A stretch of DNA of 64,000 bases, taken from positions 27,385 to 91,384 of the forward strand of contig CACEJU010000001.1 in assembly GCA_902559885.1 (NCBI GenBank), written 5' to 3'. The position numbers and the translations under genes were made by a program. Below, in pieces: positions 61,866-64,000 of this stretch. Positions within the stretch are counted from its first letter, which is position 1. Each line of letters starts with the position of its first letter. The notes under the pieces were generated by a model. It did not search any database. It worked only from the letters and a program-made list of their open reading frames with translations, and was not told where the DNA came from. Origin of the DNA: an uncultured SAR86 cluster bacterium (GTDB lineage: Bacteria > Pseudomonadota > Gammaproteobacteria > Magnimaribacterales > D2472).

Positions 61866-63159
61866 TTAGTTTGTTAGTGCTCTTATTAGGTTCCTGTAAT
61901 CCTCTTCATGAGAGGGGTTTTCTTTTCTGAGTTCTTTTATTTTTTTGCAAGCATGAAGAACTGTGGTGTGGTCTCTTCCGTTAAAAGCCTCGCCTATTTC
62001 AGGTAAACTGTGGTTTGTAAGCTCTTTTGTAAGCGCCATTGCGAGCTGCCTTGGTCTGGTTATAGACCTGCTTCTTCTTTTTGATAAAAGGTCTGAAAGT
62101 TTTATGTTGTAGTATTCTGAAACTGTTTTTTTGTATATTTTCAATGCTTACCATTTTTGCTGATATAACAAAAAGATCTTTTAAAGCATCTTTTACTAAT
62201 GGTAAATCAATTTCTGATCCTGTAAATTTTGCGTTAGCTGCAACTCTTTTTAGCGCACCCTCTAGCTCTCTAATATTAGACCTAATTCTCTGTGCTATAT
62301 ATATGGCGCAATCATTGGGCATATTTACACCCATAAGCGAAGCTTTTTTAAGTAATACAGCAGCCCTTGTTTCTAGGCCTGGCGGATCAATTATTACAGG
62401 AAGGCCCCAGCCAAGTCTCGACTTTAACCTTTCTTCTAAACCATCAATCTCTTTTGGATATTTATCACAAGTTAAGATCATTTGATTGTTTCTATCGAGC
62501 AGAGCATTAAAAGTGTGGAAGAACTCTTCTTGTGATTGCTCTTTCCCTGCAAAAAACTGAATATCATCTATTAACAAAGCATCAGCGTTTCTATAAAAAG
62601 ACTTAAACTCATTCATGGCTCCGAGCTGAAGTGCTTTGACCATGTCTGAAACAAACTTTTCTGAGTGAACATATACTATTCTTTTATTGGGGTTGTTTTG
62701 AAGAATTTGATTGCCTACAGCGTGCATTAAGTGGGTTTTTCCCAACCCAACACCGCCATATATAAACAATGGGTTGTAATCTCCAGACGGGTTATTGGCA
62801 ACCTGTCTTGCTGCTGCAAGGGCTAAGTGGTTAGATTTACCCTCTACAAAGTTATCGAAAACATAAGAATCAACTAACTTGGTGTTTTCTGAGGCTTGTT
62901 TTTTATATTTATCAACAAAAGTTTCTTTTGTAAGCTTTTTATAAACTAGATCTATTTCGACATCTGTCTCTTTATTTACAATTTTTCTTATTTCTTGAGT
63001 TAGGTTTTTTTCAACATAGCTTAATATAAAGTCATTTGGCGCTGAAATTTCAAGCGTGTTGTTTATTAGGTTTGCCTTAAGCGGCCTAATCCATGTGTTA
63101 AAATCTTCTTGTGGAAGCCTGTTTTCCAATTTTTCTGAGCACTTACTCCAAAATTCCAA
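61866..63159 (-). pseudogene. dnaA: chromosomal replication initiator DnaA, reading frame broken by one extra base in an A7 run (T7 on the plus strand at 62126-62132)
   Basis: The upstream frame (63159 to about 62130) carries domains I-III, with GGVGLGKTHLMHA and LLIDDIQF. The other frame (about 62130-61866) carries domain IV, with [45 protein letters not shown]. Removing one A restores [15 protein letters not shown], which parallels E. coli IDNIQKTVAEYYKIK. The start is TTG, preceded by AGGAG. Confidence 0.95.
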
Positions 63160-63235
63160 TTCTCTCTCCTATATGTAAGATACTTATACTAACAAAAATT
63201 AACAAGATATCTACAGGATAAAGCAAGGAATATTC

Positions 63236-63244
63236 TGTGGATAA
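63236..63244 (-). promoter_or_regulatory. consensus DnaA box (TTATCCACA on the minus strand) in the dnaA-rpmH spacer
   Basis: The plus strand reads TGTGGATAA at 63236-63244, 77 nt upstream of the dnaA start. The position fits dnaA autoregulation. Confidence 0.6.
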
Positions 63245-63327
63245 CTTGTATATAAGAATATTTAATAAAAAGTGTGTTTTATTGTTGATCATAGTATATA
63301 ATCACGCTTCTTTTTTAGGTATAAATT

Positions 63328-63462
63328 ATGAAAAGAACATTTCAACCAAGTGTTTTAAAAAGAAAAAGAACCCATGGTTTTAGGGCTAGAATGGCCACTA
63401 AAGCTGGTAGGGCGATTCTTGCAAACAGAAGAAAGAAAGGCAGAAAAGTCTTATCTGCATAA
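63328..63462 (+). CDS. rpmH: 50S ribosomal protein L34 (44 aa, absent from the ORF track)
   Basis: My own translation is [44 protein letters not shown]. Confidence 0.98.
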   Translation: MKRTFQPSVLKRKRTHGFRARMATKAGRAILANRRKKGRKVLSA

Positions 63463-63765
63463 TTGTGGGTGTGGCTGTTGGGTTATTCAAAGCCTAAAAA
63501 TCTTGTTTTAAGGTCTAAAACATTTAAAGTTTATAAAGAACTTTCAAGCTCTAGTGAGGGTTTGAGAATTGTTGTGCCTAAAAAATCTTACAAGCTTGCT
63601 GTTGATAGAAACAGAGCAAAAAGAATGGTGAGAGAGGTTTTTAGGCCTATTGTTGGTATAGAAAAGGGTGTGATGTATGTTGTTTTTGTATATCATGGTT
63701 TTTTAGATTTGGGTCTTGTTGCTATAAAAAAAGAAATAACCGGGATAACTGAAAATGAAGACTAG
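63463..63765 (+). CDS. rnpA: ribonuclease P protein component
   Basis: The gene lies immediately after rpmH. The RNR motif region is AVDRNRAKRMVREVFR. The start codon is uncertain (TTG at 63463 in the track). Confidence 0.85.
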   Translation: MWVWLLGYSKPKNLVLRSKTFKVYKELSSSSEGLRIVVPKKSYKLAVDRNRAKRMVREVFRPIVGIEKGVMYVVFVYHGFLDLGLVAIKKEITGITENED

Positions 63766-64000
63766 AAATTATTATTTGTACGGGGCTTTAGGGCTTTTGG
63801 TGTTAATGATGTATTTGTTTACCAGCCAAAACAGGGTTATTGACCAGCAAGAGCATATAAAAGATGCCACGGCTGATAGAGAGTTTGTGCTTGCTAACGA
63901 TTCAGTTGTTTTTCTTGAAAACGATAAATTAGAGATAGTTGTTGATGTTGCCACGGGTAATATTTTAGAGGCTAGGTTAAAAAAATATTTGGTTGAAAAT
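63755..64000 (+). CDS. yidC: membrane protein insertase YidC, N-terminal part (continues beyond the window)
   Basis: My own translation is MKTRNYYLYGALGLLVLMMYLFTSQNRV...LEIVVDVATGNILEARLKKY. This gives an N-terminal TM segment followed by a periplasmic domain paralleling E. coli [20 protein letters not shown]. The frame stays open to base 64000, and the gene overlaps rnpA by 11 nt. Confidence 0.85.
   Translation, partial: MKTRNYYLYGALGLLVLMMYLFTSQNRVIDQQEHIKDATADREFVLANDSVVFLENDKLEIVVDVATGNILEARLKKYLVEN

Noticed and set aside
61866-62144. A 92-aa ORF that could be read as a stand-alone helix-turn-helix protein.
   Set aside because: It is DnaA domain IV, separated from the rest of dnaA by the 1-nt homopolymer frameshift. 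It is treated as part of dnaA.

Overview
This is a strongly AT-rich, very gene-dense stretch of core chromosome. I support about 70 protein genes and found no rRNA, tRNA, CRISPR, transposase, prophage or recognisable defence genes. Gene order is typical of Gammaproteobacteria, and the compaction suggests a streamlined marine lineage; that taxonomic reading is a guess from synteny and composition only.

Blocks from left to right:
- fadB-like 3' end, then Ldt-lnt-corC-ybeY-ybeZ-miaB on the minus strand
- orn, rsgA, and ubiE-ubiJ-ubiB-tatA-tatB-tatC
- a LOG-family gene, then class I fba-pgk-tkt
- metK-ahcY
- lptM-lysA-dapF-yigA-xerC-yigB-ubiK
- cytochrome c5, dsbA, cytochrome c4, engB
- two poorly characterised genes, a prolyl oligopeptidase, polA, dsbB, pckA, gshA
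- a three-gene operon of unclear function (quinone oxidoreductase, unknown protein, APH-family kinase)
- a complete aa3-type cytochrome oxidase structural and assembly cluster (SCO, cyoE, ctaA, an unknown gene, SURF1, DUF2909, coxC, ctaG, coxA, coxB)
- yheV-aroE-hemF-tsaC-purE, def-fmt-trkA-trkH, lpxL, glyQS
- the replication locus gyrB-recF-dnaN-dnaA, diverging from rpmH-rnpA-yidC

Three short genes are missing from the ORF track and were read directly from the DNA: tatA, an LptM-like lipoprotein and rpmH.

I do not see a clear novel multi-gene system. The observations most worth a second look are:
- dnaA is split by a 1-nt frameshift in an A7 run.
- A short protein carries an exact Coq4-type HDxxH-x11-E motif.
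- The qor/unknown/kinase operon has no assignable pathway.
- A U-run/U-run/A-run pseudoknot-capable element lies in front of metK-ahcY and resembles the SAM-II/SAM-V architecture.
- GyrB lacks the proteobacterial Toprim insertion.
- The glycyl-tRNA synthetase is the single-chain type.
- DsbA has a CAAC active site.
- A SCO-like paralogue in the cox cluster has no Cys or His.
- All ten convergent gene junctions are stop-to-stop, often through palindromic shared stop motifs.
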